A DNA stretch of 46,450 bases, the filler included, from Sphacelaria rigidula (lineage: Eukaryota), in the NCBI GenBank assembly GCA_964200075.2. It is 2 parts of 2 records of this genome, joined end to end, with 100 filler letters (N's around TTAATTAATTAA, not from the genome) between each part and the next. Parts side by side here need not be neighbours in the genome. Positions count along the whole stretch, not along the records: positions 23,279 to 46,450 come from CAXNAA020000282.1; 1 more part is not named here. One strand, written 5' to 3'. The notes beneath the pieces were generated by a model that was not told the DNA's origin, ran no database searches, and saw nothing but the letters and a program-made list of their open reading frames with translations. Of this stretch, positions 23,279 through 37,200 are shown one piece after another; within the stretch, counting starts at the first letter, position 1; each line of letters opens with the position of its first letter. Made by a program: the position numbers and the translations under genes.

Positions 23279-25284
23279 GTTATTCCGATCTAACCCGAGA
23301 ATCAGGCGGTGTATGGCCATTTTTTTTGTGACAATTTTAGCTGGTTTTTTGGGGGGGGGGCTATCGTAGAAAGTGTCGAGTGAAATTGGGTGGTTGTAAA
23401 AAAAAAAACGCTCACGAACGACTTCTTTTTTGCTCAGCACACGTTCGTCTGCCGCAACTCTTTTCGTACAGTCACTCGGATACTGCAATGGGTTCAGAAT
23501 TCAGACGTGGTACGGATGAGAAATCTTCGGGGTTATAGCTAGCGTCAGGATTGGCGAAGGGTTTCTCGGGTTTGACTGTGGTTTGTGCCTGGAATAGAGT
23601 ACCATTTTTCAGATATGCTGGATTCTCACTATTTTGAGTACGTAGTATACCAGAGTATTGTACCGAGACTATCGACCCCTCCAAATCCAGAGTCTTCCAG
23701 AATACCTCGAATACTCGACTGCCCAAAATACTAGCTTATTCTAGAGTTACCTAGACCGCTCGATCGCCCAAAATACGGAGTAATTCAGAGTACCTGACTA
23801 CTCGATTACTGAAACTACGGGGGAAACATAATATACCCGGAGTAATCAACTGTCGGAAGTGCTGTGCAATTCTGAAGGTACCTGGAGTGTTGGCTCCCTC
23901 AAAAGCACAAAAGCATTCCGGGGCACCTGGAGTGTGGACGATCTAAATTTCTCGGACTCCGACTCTACCCTACCTTACTCTACACACCTTTTGTGTTTGT
24001 ACAAGGGGCGGGAAAGGAGGACGTCAACGGCTACGATTGCGGTCACAACGTACGGTTAGGTTCTGGAGAGGTACGGATACGAGGGTGGGAATATGACCAG
24101 GGTTGCGGTTGTAGTATAGCGGTTGTAGATCTCAGCCTTTTCGAGGGTTGGTCCTTGGTATTTACTTCGGCCAATAAAAATAAAAATAAAACACGTACAC
24201 AGCTTCGGCGCAAACGTGCTGCTGTGGAACGTGATCCGTAGGGTCAAACTTTTGTTCAAAAAAAAATAAAACATCGCACTTTCTTGTTTTGGCCGTTGTT
24301 GCATCGCGGTTCCGACTTGCAAACGTTGTGCTTGTTGTGGCTACATGCTGCAATACTACGAGGTGCCTACGAAACCAATGAAGGCAACGCTAGTATCACT
24401 GGAAAGCTCAGCGTGGCAGCTACCCCAGGGTATGGCGATTATATGTTTCACGAATACGTACTGCTCTCGTGGCGAGTCACGACAAAAACAAAATGTCCCA
24501 GTTTTGAAAGTCTGGGACTATTTTTTCCCCAAGTCAGCATGCAAAACCAGTTCCGATGGAGAGCCCGAGCCAAAACGCGATACTCTCTGGTTTCTGGTTT
24601 GTGTACTCGCAGCCGCCTGCGAAATGTGGGGGATTGAGGTCGACCACCGTCATAGAAGCAGCCTACAGCAGGGGGATGCCGAGCTGTCAGATAAATTACA
24701 CTACAAACCCTCTGTTTTGTGCTTTATGGGGGGTAAAAAACTCCCATGTCCCGCTTAGCGATCCTTGGGAGAATGACCTGCTGTCAGTATGCTCACGCCA
24801 TGGACCGCGCAGCTCGGGCTGCACACAGTTTGAAAGGTAAATTCCCTTGACAGAGTCAACGGGAGATAAGGCAAGGCTCTAGGGCTCGGCCCTGCCCGGC
24901 TACGGCAAGTGTCGGAGACAAAGAGACGGAAGGTACGCAGACAGCCTGCCCTCTCGAAAGCATCGCGTAATGAAATTAATTCGCTTCACTTGTTTTATTT
25001 ATTAATTCCCTCATGAAGTGATTTTGATGCATTGATTGTCTCTCATCAGCTTTTATAATCAGCTGCGGATCCGGCCCGCGATCACAAGAAAAGGCGTGCC
25101 TGAGATACCTGAAGGAAAGCACTTGTTGAAGGAAATTCGACAAAAAGGGAGTAAGGATATACAAAACTTTGCAAGTGCTCACCTTGTATGCAGCATTACT
25201 TAGTAAACGGTTCCGGCTGAGGTCAGGGTTGTGAATAAACGTGCATCACGGACTGACCGACGGGACGGATTGACCGAAACTAAC

Positions 25285-28200
25285 CTCCATGATACGCAAC
25301 GGCTCTATGACCGTCCCCCTGCAGCAACGAAGACAACGCCTCCGCCGTCAATTGTCGCCACACGTACACCACCACGGAACCCTTGTCGAGCGGCGGCTCC
25401 TGGAGCAACTTAGACAGCGTGTCACGCTTGTCTATTTTGTGGTCAAAGAGGCGGGGCAGCGCAAGCGATCCGGAGGGGCACGAGGAAGGAGACGTGTGAA
25501 GGTGGCCTATGATTCGATATAAGGGAGCATACCGCAGACACTGCGACAAGGACGGCTAAATCAAAAACTTTCAAATTCAAGCGAAGGGTTTGCCACGAGA
25601 GCGTGTATCGAAACACCTGAAGAAAAACATAGCCTTCTTAAAAAACACACACATAAACACACAATGACGGCTACTGCGTAGTTTTTGTTACAAAACCTTG
25701 AGAGTAACTCAACTTCAACGCTTCCGTAGTACAAAGTCGCCAACGCGAAATAATATGGACAACGTTTTTTTCGCAAGTTGAACAACTCCGTTCAATCTCC
25801 GAAAAAAAAAATGAAGATGTATACTTGTATCGAAGACGAGAAATGGTACTGACCATCGTCCGACAGCATCCTGAGCACCTTGACCTCCAAATTGGGCCGG
25901 TCCCATGATCCCACCCTCACCCCTTCGTCGGGGATCCTTAGCACCTTGCAAATATCCTTGGTGACCGCCTTGCTAGCGGTAGCCGTTAGCGCCAGCACTC
26001 CATCGGGACGCAGCAGCTACGTAGGGAGACAGGAGGAAAAAAGGGGGGGGGGGGGAGAGGGAGGGACGAAAAAGGTCTAGCTTGGTTTACGAACTATAAA
26101 TTGTCTTACCGCGACAATAGAGAGCTTCGGAAAACGCTTTTTGTCATTTCAGAGTGCAAATACCTCAGGATCAGAGTGTAAAGAAAAATGATTTCCCCCC
26201 TCTGTCAAATGTGGCATCTCCTCAACTTTTTTTCGATGATTATTAATTTCATTTTATTATGCACTCTGATCCTGAGATATTTGCACTCTGACTTGACAAA
26301 AAGGCTTTTTCCAAATCTCTCTAATGTGGTAGACTCCGAGATGATGTCTGCAAGAGTAGGGGTGTACTCATGATCATACATGCCATAGTCATGAGACCAT
26401 CGACCCTGCGAGAGTAGGGGGGGGGGGGTGTACTCATGATCATGCTTGCCATAGTCATCAGACCATTGACCTCGCAGTAGGGGGGGAATCCAAGACCATT
26501 CGCACAGCTTAGAAAAAGCCACCACCAGAACAACAACGACAACAACAACAACAACCACCACCACCACCACCACCACCACCATGATCATGAAACCGACATC
26601 GAGCTCAAAAAAAAAACACGCGACACACACACACGCCTGAGTCAAAAACCCTCACACACCTTGCAATAAAAAAAAGCGACCGTACATGTTCCCGCTCAAC
26701 AATTACGCAACCAACTGCATCGTGGTGCTACAAATTCCCTTCATTTACATCTTACCCGCGTGGCGTCTACTGCAACCTCCTGTCCCAAATATTCCGCACC
26801 ACTCTAACCCAAACAGCACGGCATTTAGATTTGTCTCGAAAAACAAACACTTGTCCGCCAACACCAACACCAACACCAACGCCAACGCCAACACCATTAA
26901 CACCCCCCCCCCGTCAGGGCGCGCGGCAGCTTTGCGCGTTACGTGTTCGCGATGGAAACAGGAGAAGGCATTGCATGGCGACTACTCCGACATGCGCGAC
27001 CACAACCCAAGTACAAAGGACCGTACCTCGATGGTCTGCCCCAATCTGAGGTAAGACGGTCGGAAATTGTGGGACCATTGGGACACGCAGTGGGCCTCGT
27101 CTACGCACAGCAACGACACGGGCGGCAGCGCTCCCGGCGTGGACGCCAGTCGGCGGAACGACGGCGAACACAGCTTCTCCGGCGACAGAAACAGCACCTG
27201 GAAGAACCAGCCCACCGACAAGAGAGCACCGACACGCCAGACACCCAACGTTGAAAGGGGGACGTGCGCGAGGGTGGGAGGGTGGGGAACGGGGGAGGGG
27301 GAGGATGGGGGAAGGGTAAGGGGAGTGTACGCTCGCGTCACGTAGGACGTTTTACCGATACACGGCACGGTCTTGAGGAAGCCGGCGTGTTGATGAAGGG
27401 TGTTTCTTTCTCGAAGAGGGGAACAAATGAAACGGGCACCAGCTGATACAGATGACAATTATTCATCAACCGGACGAACACGTGGCAAAAAACGCGGTAG
27501 ACACAGTACAGCGGGAGGGTGAAGGGCATAAGAGCGCACGCGGAGAGGAAAAGAGAAAGGCAGGAGGGGGCAAGAGAGGAAACAGGTAAACTCTCCGGGG
27601 AATGGAAAGTATTTTCACCTTTATTCGGCCCGCCCTCAAGTCTCGAACGGTGCGCGCTACCTCCCGCAGGCCGCCGTGACTACCGCTCAGCGAAGCGGCG
27701 GGCAGCTGAGGCGGGAGATTGGCCATCTGGTCTTCCATGAGGGACACCAACGGCGACACTACCACCTGTGAATATCAAGGTCGAGCGCGTCGCCGTAGGG
27801 TTCATCCCCGGGATGAAAGCGTGGGGGATGAGAGCCGGACCATGGGGTCCATCGTGAGCAAGGGACCCCAACCAGTGACAACTGCAAGAGCCTGTAGCGA
27901 ATACTGACACGAAGTAAATAAAATAAAGCAACCATCAGGATGTTTAAAACTATATACTCCGGGCGACTACAGCAGCAACGGTAAATATTCTCAGATTCAC
28001 GTGCATGTAGTGGAATGACAGACGAAAAAGAACTGGCGCTACAAACAGCGCAGCAGTGAGATATCTCACCGTGATCCCGGGTAACAGCAGCGCCGGCAGC
28101 TGGTACGTCAAGCTCTTGCCCGTCCCCGTCGCCAACACCAGGAGGCTGGGGAGGCCCGCCAGCGCCCTTTCGATTCCCCACTCCTGCCCGTCCCGAAACG

Positions 28201-31200
28201 ACTTGTGCCGGAACACCTTTCGGAGCGCGGATGCCGGGGTAAGAGGCCCTTCGTCTTCCTCGTGCTCCTCCGTCCCGTTGTCATCATCACCATCTTCATC
28301 GTCATCGTCATCATCGTCGTCTTTCTGGTGCCGGCCCCGTCCCCGTTGCGTGCGGCCTCGCTGACTAAGGGCGTTGCCACCAGCATCGCCGTCGTCCGAG
28401 GAGCATGCCAGGGAACCCCTACCGGTCCGCTGTTTACGGGGGGCGCGTGCTCGTTTCGGACTACGGCCGGCCGATGTACCTGCCGTGGCCCCAGTTCTCC
28501 TGCCTCGTTTTCTTCCACCGCGGCCATCAATGGGCTTGGGTTTGGTGGGATCTGCGCTGTCACGCCCCGCCTCTCGTCCGTTGTTCACTCCTGAATCATA
28601 GTCGTCACTATCTTCACTTCTACCTCCACCATCACTTTCATCATCGACGTCATCATCGTCTGTACCTACAAGGGCATCGCTGCCATCCTCTTCGACATCA
28701 GAGTCGCTGTCAGAATCGGACTCCACGAGGCTAGCCCACGCCGGCTCGTCATCGTCGTCGCCCCCACCGCCATCGCTCTCCTCGTCCTCGCCCTCCTCTT
28801 CCTCGCCGTCGTCCTCTCCTTGCCCCCCTCCACTACCCTCCGACTCTCTCGACGCCGACCCCGCCGCCCGCCGTATCTTTCCAGTTCTGTCTCTTTCGGC
28901 ACCGGTGTCATCTTCACCACCTCCGTCACCACCGCTTCCACCGCCACTGCTTCGTCTTGAACGCGAGGCCGCCACCGCACCAGTGCACGACGATGCTCGC
29001 GTCAACCGCCTGGACTTCCTGCTATTGACCACAGCGGGTCCCCCGCCAGCCCTACTCCCGTCCTCGGCAGACTCTCCACTTGATTCCTTGCCTTCATCCG
29101 GCACCGCCGCCGCGGCCGCGGCCATCGCAGTCTTGAGCCTCCTTCCACTGTTGTCGATGCCATCCTTACGACAGCCTTCACCATCCATGATTGTCTTGTC
29201 CGGAGCTTCCTTCCCAAGCGACGGCACGGCCGAACGATCCCCCGTTGCGGTGCAATCCGCACTTCCGGTGCAATTCACACTGGCGGCACGACTCAGCGTT
29301 TCGGATAGCTTCGGCGCGTTGTCTGCAGCGTCGAAAGCAAACTCGAAGCCGTCGCTGCTATCATCATCGCCCTCACCACTGTCACTGTTGCTGCTGCTGC
29401 CATCGGCGCCGCCGCTCTTCGTGGCGCTCCCGGAGTTCTTGTTAGGAGCGGCTTTGTGATTTCCAGCGGCCGCGGTGGCGGCGGCTGGGACTACCATGCC
29501 CGTGCAGGCCGTACGGGGAATAGTGTCGGTTGTCTCTAGCTCGGAGGTGGCGTGATTGACCTGCGCATTATATCGGAGGACCAAAAACACCGGCAGGGAG
29601 AAAGAGAAGAGAAGAGAAGAGAAGAGAAGAGAAGAGAAGAGAAGAGAAGAGAAAAGAGAGAAAAGAGACGGTTGCCGGGGGGTGACATGAAGGAGAGGGG
29701 ATTCCCTGTGCTGCTATGCAACGCAAACTTGTCGGTGCTGCAAATGTACGGGTACCTGCGTAGTAGCATCGAGCGTTGACCAAGTCGAAACTCTTTATAA
29801 ATTTGGGGCAGACGCACTCGATCTCTCGGAGAAAAACACTCGACTGCTACTTTAACCCTCATCATCTCGTCAAGACTGCGAAGGGGACAAGGTGCTCCCA
29901 AACGGTTGTGTGTGTACTGCTATACTCACCAGCCGCTGGACAAGATCATCCTTCTTGCCTCCCCGTCCTAGACCGCGCTTCTTTAGCTCCTGCAAAAAAC
30001 AGCCACAACGGCAAAACGCGCAGTCATCTGTCTCTCGGTTCTCTAAACCCGAGTAATTAGGTACCTGTACTCTCAAGCCAAGAAGTTTTGGCCATCATAT
30101 GGGATTCACAACCACTACACTGTAGCCAAGTTATCAAGACTGGTCATACACGATCAAAATCATTCGAAATCACATACTAACTCGTCGTTTGTATCCCGGT
30201 ACTGCTAACCCAAGTAATTAGGTATCTAGGAGTCTGACGTCAGGCTGTTCCGACGCTGTCGTCAAGTGATTACGCAATCTTGAAGAAAATAGCAACAGGA
30301 TCACCTCTCACTAATGGCTGGCACTCGACGAGAGAGAGGCACGCACGGTCCGACAGGGGGCAAAGAAGGCGTGGCCGCACAACGTTTATTTTTTTTATTT
30401 TTTCAGCCTTCATACGACGTCGCCGATAGTTCTGTCATTCTCAGACCAAACTTCCCGGGGTCGCTTGCTTAGTGAGAACGACCACGCACATAGCATACAC
30501 ACACGCTGGAGCATGACAAACATACACACCTTCTTCAGCTCCGCAATGGGAAGTTTTCGGAATGTGTTGCTCCACAAAGCCGCCTTACGGTCCCTCCACT
30601 CCTCCGTCGTCTCCTCAAGAGTCAACTCTGACAGCACCAGCGCTGGGTTATCTTCTGCCCACATAAAGAAGTCACAGCCCTCTCCTGGTACATGAAACAG
30701 CAGGGGGGGGGGGGGGGGGGGGGGCTTCAAGCTAACTTACTCGCAGCTAGAGCCATGGACCCCCCCCCCCGCAAGAGAGGNNNNNNNNNNGCTTTCAAGA
30801 TGCGATACAAGCAAAATAACCCATACAAGAGAACGTCTGGGGGTGGGGGGGGCGCGACGGAGGTACTCATTCAATGCTTGCCTAGATAATCGTCATTGAC
30901 CACGCATCCCTTTCGAGACGGAAAAGCGGATCAAGGGTGGTGGTGGCGGGGTGTACTCATTTGTTGCTTGCCTTGGTTATTTGACCATTGTCCACGCATC
31001 CCCTGCAAGACGGAGCACCGTTCCTACTCCTGATAGAGGGGGAGGGGAGAAATGGCGTAGTTCAGAGCACAGCATTCTTACGCTTCTACCGTGGCTTGGC
31101 AAATCCCCCCTCCCTCTCCTACGAGACTGCGACTGTGATCTGAAAAGCCCGGTTTGTTTCATCACTGCCGTACCTCAAGCTTCTCTTTTCAGGGGAAAGG

Positions 31201-31334
31201 AGCGACGACCAGGCCTACCCGAAGTCTCAAAACACATGTACCACGCATATATATACCGGGGGAGAGATGGATTGATGCCTTGAGACCACGGACTCATCCC
31301 GAGGAAGGGGAAGGGTTCGAAGTACGACCAACGA

Positions 31335-31367
<33 letters not shown>

Positions 31368-34160
31368 CGTGTATCATCTTGAATAAAAAACACTAATTTA
31401 TACTTCGTATATATAAAACGGCTTGTAATTTCCGACACGGCTTCAGACATTTTTGGAACGATTATAATTAAATAATTAAATTAATGCTTGTTTGTTTGGG
31501 GGTGGGATGGGAATGTTGGGATGGTGAATGATTTTGATTTTTTGGGCAAGGGGAAAACAATATGTCGGGGTGTCTGATATTTACCGGTGGCATTGGTTTG
31601 AAAATTAGGACGAACCCATTACACGCCCAACGGCTCTCTAGTCGGGATTCACCACTCCTACGACAAAATTCGGAAGACGGCGACGACCGAGGGCCGACTC
31701 CAACGACCAAACTTGGAAGATGGTGACGACGAAGGCCCAACATTATCGACACTGTGTTTTGGGAGATGTCTGAATTTCTCGGGACTGGCGAGCAAAGTAC
31801 TTGATGACTCTAACGCCACGGCATACGCACGGAGAGGCTATCCGAAGTGCTGCGTTGCAGTCCGAACTTATTTCGGATTTCTCCGGAGCTTCACTTCGGA
31901 GAAAAAAAACCCGACCTCTCCGTTTTCAGAGAAGTCTGAACGCCAAGTACGGAAAGGCTGAGAAAGTTTCCGAGATCTTCGAAAAAATGTAGTCTATGTC
32001 ATAAGGCCCATTATTATCGACACTGTCTTTTCCGAGATGTCAATCATTTCTAGACTTTTCGGACGCAGCGTTCAGATTTCTCTGAAAACGAAGAAGCGGC
32101 TGGATTTTCTTCCTCCGAAGTTTCGCTTAAAATCCGAAGTTATTTCGGAATGCAACGCGGCACTTCGGATAGCTGCCCTGTGTATACGCCGTGGCGGTCG
32201 CAAGCGTTCGAGAGGTGTAAGGTACCTTGCTTGCCAGTCGCGAGAAATTCAGACACCTTTGAAAACACAGTATCGATAGTAATGGGCCTGATGGAGGGTT
32301 TCGGAAATCGCTTTTTTTGCTATTTTCAATTAAAGTGCAAATGTCTCAGGATCAGAACGTAACGAAAAATCATTTTCCCCCTCCGTCAAATGTGGCATCC
32401 ACTCAAAAAAAAATCGATAACGTTTTTTTTTTTTTTTTTTTTTTTTATCCTTAGATTTTTTCCCTTTAAAATACCAAAAACTTTTGTTTTTTCCGAAACT
32501 CTCTAATAATGGGTCTAAGAGTCGACTCCAGCGACTTCAATCGTAGGATGGCAACGACGAAGAGTTGACTCTAACGACTATATTCGGGAAAGCGACGACA
32601 GAGAGCCCACTTCAACGACTACTACATGCGCAAAAAAAAGCGACAAGGAAAGTTGGCGACTACTAGCCCCACGACTTTCACTCGTGGTCGTTAGACGTGT
32701 GGACACTTCCAACTTCCATGAACATTCTTGGAACGTTCCATTTTTTACACTCATTTTTGCACGTAGGTCTCACTTTTCTGGTGCTCAAAACGACGCCAGC
32801 ATTCAGCCCTCGCCAACGCCGCGACGTGGTGGAAAGTGTGGAAACTCCGTCGACGACGACTTCGAACAGTTTGTGTGTTTGAGTTTTCGACTATTTTTTG
32901 GCACCATATCAGTACAGTTCGTTGTATATCACCACCCTGAATGCCGGTTCCCGGCGAGAAGTTCTATGGCCCCGAAATGTCATCATCCAGAGGTCGGATT
33001 ATATAGACCGCCGCCTTGCGAACAATTGAGGAGTGGGTGTAGTGCAAGCAAGAGGGGGACTTCTCTTACTAGACCTTTGGCAGAAATCCGAGCACCACCG
33101 CTTGAATATTTCCTGTTTCTCAGGGTACATGGTACAATATTAACAAAAGTAAAATAAATAAATAAAATGAGAGAGAAAGAGAGAGGGAGAGACGCAAGGA
33201 GGAACAGACGAGAAAAGTCTCGCGAGTTGGTCGGGGCGTGGTGAAACAAAAGAAAATAAGATCTACCAAAGAGAAGAAGAAGACGAATATGAATACCAAG
33301 CGAGAGATGAACAATATCTTTGTGGAATGTTCACGAACGTTCCGCTACCGTGGCTGGTCGAAACCCTTTACAGTACATGCGAACAGCTCAGCCTGAATTG
33401 TTTTTTCATTTGACCCTGTCACAGTTACTAGGCGCTGTGATTGCCCCGACGCGTCCGTTCAACGTTGTATCGCCCCAGATGAACAGGATCGGTTGGTGAG
33501 TACCCAATGACTTCCCTTCACTTCGCCGTGATAGTTCTGAACACCAGAAAAACACGACGACTACGCGCGGAGCAGGCAGGCAGGCGCACCGAGACGCTTT
33601 CCATGTCATCATCCGGAACAAATCGCGCGTCACGGTTTGAATTTATAACTCAAATGGTCTTCGGTTACATGCCATACGTGTCTAATTTTTCATCACGGTG
33701 TATTCGCGTAGCAACTCATAAAAGTTCGACGAAAAAAAACGACGATGCTGAGGAAAAAGAGAAAGGAGCACTGGGTTTCCTTGACAGGGATCGTAGACAT
33801 TGATCATCTTGGTATTTTTTAGGGACTTTGATCACCACGACCGGGAAAAAAAAATCACGGCGCCATGCAACTTCTCCGAATCCTTGAAAACAACCTGCCG
33901 CTGATCTGGATTCAGCGATATTTGAGCCTTCTTCGACGCTCAAGGGATCAACGATGTCTCGGAAAAAACAATAGATGAATCTTGGCTGACCATCTCGAGA
34001 GACCTCGGTACAGTACCTCGGGGCAGGCTGCAAGCGTAAAATTTCCGTCCCTTGTTCAGGCCCGTTTTTCGAACCGTCAGCAGTTTCCCCGCGCGCTGGT
34101 GCTGCGCGCACCTGGGCGCCAGTCTCACGAACAGTTCCTCCTCTTCCCGAGCGTTCCTGA

Positions 34161-34214
<54 letters not shown>

Positions 34215-37200
34215 AGCTCATATTGGCGCTGAGAACAAGGAGGGAGGTAGGTCTACGGTACGTGAAGAAGGAGGCAGCGAGACAGCGAGACAGCACGCAC
34301 ACATGCACCGGTAGTTTCGCTTATGCACAAATGTAAGCGTTCCGCCGCGAGATGATTGGGCACGAGGAAACAAACGCCTCGCGGAATACCAGAACAAAAT
34401 GGAGTTCAGCACTGTATGCGCAAGCTCGCTAGCTCACGGGAAAATGACAAGTGTAGATACCCGCGTGCGCCGGCCAACACGTTTCCTTCTCCTTCGAACG
34501 CCCGACTTCAGAAGACAGCGAACAGAGCAACATTCAAGGTATCTTCACTCTGCCCGTGCAGCCACGGAACACGTATACCGGGTAGGATCGTGCTGTATGA
34601 CCCCAGATCGAGTGGTGCTTCAACACGTCATATTTCAGGATTACTTGGAAAGACCTCAATTTTTTCCCCACAAAAAACAACCTCGTACATGCTGGAACGT
34701 CATGGCACAACGCGCCGAATACCCGCATCGTTCCCCGCCCAATCCCATCCCCTCCACCGCTCGCCCCCCTGTGCGAGGACAATTGTCTCATGACTATGGC
34801 ATGCATGATCATGAGTACACCCCCCTGTCATATGGAAAATTAACACCATCACTATTATTATTTCCGCACACTAGTCCGATATCGTGAACCCGTGGTCATA
34901 GACGTAGGCTCGTCTTTCCGATACCGTCCCTGCTATTCCTTACAAGACATATACCAAAAATAAAAATGACAAGAGAGACGACACGAACACATGTGAGAAG
35001 TAGCTCCCCCGAGTTCAAAACGGGAAAAAAAATCCGACAAAGTCAGATCTGCAAAAAAAAAGTACATCGAGAGAAAGGAAGAGAGAAAATAATAAAAGAC
35101 AAGACAAGAAAAGATAGATGGCACAAGGAGATTAGCATGGCCACCAAGTTCGGATTCAACTCAAAAGACAACCCCAGGCACGCCCATCGACGACAGGAAA
35201 TAACAGAGACAAACCTGGGGCGCGGTAAACGCGGCGATTCGTTTGTGTCCCCGTTGCCGCCGGTGGCCACGGCCAAGGCATCCAGACACTGCGGCGGCAA
35301 ATAATTTGTCCGGGGAGGAGCAGGCGCACAGAAACGACGGGTGGGGGGAGGGGGGGAGGGGGGAGTACTCACGATCTTGCATGCCGTAATCATGAGACCG
35401 TTGACCTCGCATCCCTACAAAGCCGGGACGGAGCATGCCGAATTTTCGCCGGACCAGGCTCGCAATCAATCTCCAAGCACGAAGCGCCGTGATGTGTTCG
35501 GGGGGTCGCATGATATCAAGATTGTTCGGCCCGAAGCGTGCTAGTAATCATGCATGTGGATGACAGCCTCGAATGAGTTGCTTCAATTTTTGGTATCATC
35601 GCCACTGACAGACAGCCACGGCTTATACCCTGTCACATGGGTGTCTCACCATTTGAGCACTGCGTAGCACGATTATCACATTTACCTGGAGTTGAAGTTC
35701 TCCAACCGCAGAGTATGATCTAGCTCGACCACCATCACGGTTACCGCAAAAACAACAACGCAACAGAAAAAGACAAAAAAGTTAACCTGGATGCCTAGCT
35801 TACGCAGCGAGTGGCGTGTTTTACAGCGTCGTTGCCAGCCGACGACAAGCAAGGAGGGGGGGCGGGGGGGGGGGAATTCCGTCGCTAGCTGCTGGCAGGT
35901 TGTACCGAATGAAACTTCAATATATTTCGAGCAGCGCATGGTCGTCATCAATGCGGCCACGGGCTGCTCAAATACTCATGAATGGTGGTATTTCATACGA
36001 GCGGCGGAAGTCAACGGTGCCTGGAAAACGCGGCAGATCGCACACCTTGCCCTACTTCACGACGCACCGAACACACCGTCCCCAACGCGCGAACTGACAG
36101 CGGCAATAATTGCGCGCGAAGCTCCACCTCATTGCCCCTCCCCTACCGCGCCTAACCTGAGTTGTGCCTACCCAACGTTCTGATCAAAGCGATCGAGAGC
36201 ATAGAGTGGAGCATCAGACGTGCATTCTGCGATGCCACGCGTCTCCTCCTTCCACTCCACGCCTACTCAGATACCTTCCTCGTCGGTGCTGGTGATCAGT
36301 GCGTAATAAAATTTACCACCCTAGCTTTACAAACGGCAATCCGCCTTCAATATTAAATAAAACTCGGACATCTCCTCTCCCCCCCTCTCCCCCGCCGCCG
36401 CCGAAAGTATCTCCTTACCCCCTGCTTCCGTCTCCTCAAAGGAAAGGGGTGGCACAGTCCGACACGATCACGAGCTTACCCAAGGTCAACTACATCAGCC
36501 AGAGCCAATTGGTACAGATTGACACGAAAAGCAACCCATCCAACTTCCCTTGGCGGTTCGCTGTTGTGGTATGGAACTGTAAAAGTGATGTACAAAACAG
36601 AGCACGGAGGAGTGCGTTCGTGCAATGATTTATATCCCAGAGTTTGTTGAAGTGGGCCGAGGGGAGCTTCCACCCGGTAGGAACGGATGTATGCAGCAAT
36701 ACCTAGTCATGCTGGTTCCCCATAAGATGCATACGAGAATATTTTACGCTCATTTGAGCTTCGGCGTCGTTAAGCCAGCAATAATAACATCGATTGTTCC
36801 ATATTTCGTTTCCCAGAGCCTCTGATTAATCCATGGAGAAGTCGGTTTGCCATGAAGAAGCGAAAGTATGATCGCAGTACCTCGCATGATCCTTGCGATA
36901 CTACTTAGCGTGGGTCGGTTATTACCCGGCGTACCACTCACTGCATCCCAAAGATTGAAATTTACGCGAGGGTCAACAAGGGCTGGCAGGCTGTAGGAAG
37001 CGCTATCATTAGCACACATTCCATCGATTCATCACCATCAGCATTGCCCCCCCACAAGCACATACCTGATCCAAAACGTCCATTCCCGCGCGATTCTTGG
37101 CCGACCCAGACGATAGCGGCCGGTCCCGCGGCCCGCCTTGCTCTCCCGTCACCGGGTCCTCGAATCCCTTCTTCTTGTAGAAGTCATTTTTACCACCCCA

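Larger units (their letters stand above)
30530..34156 (-). other. GRF-type zinc finger within RECQL4, split over exons 34156-34017 and 30684-30530
   Basis: Spliced sequence PRCAQHQRAGKLLTVRKTGLNKGRKFYACSLPRG-EGCDFFMW fits the C..H..GPN.GR.FY.C..C.FF.W pattern. Confidence 0.88.

Noticed and set aside
26353-26486. CRISPR-like repeat-spacer pattern
   Set aside because: The 'spacers' are copies of the same repeat terminus; eukaryotic context and no cas genes.
36420-37010. Coding-looking intronic segment, possible transposase relic
   Set aside because: Stops in all frames and no motif I can identify with confidence.
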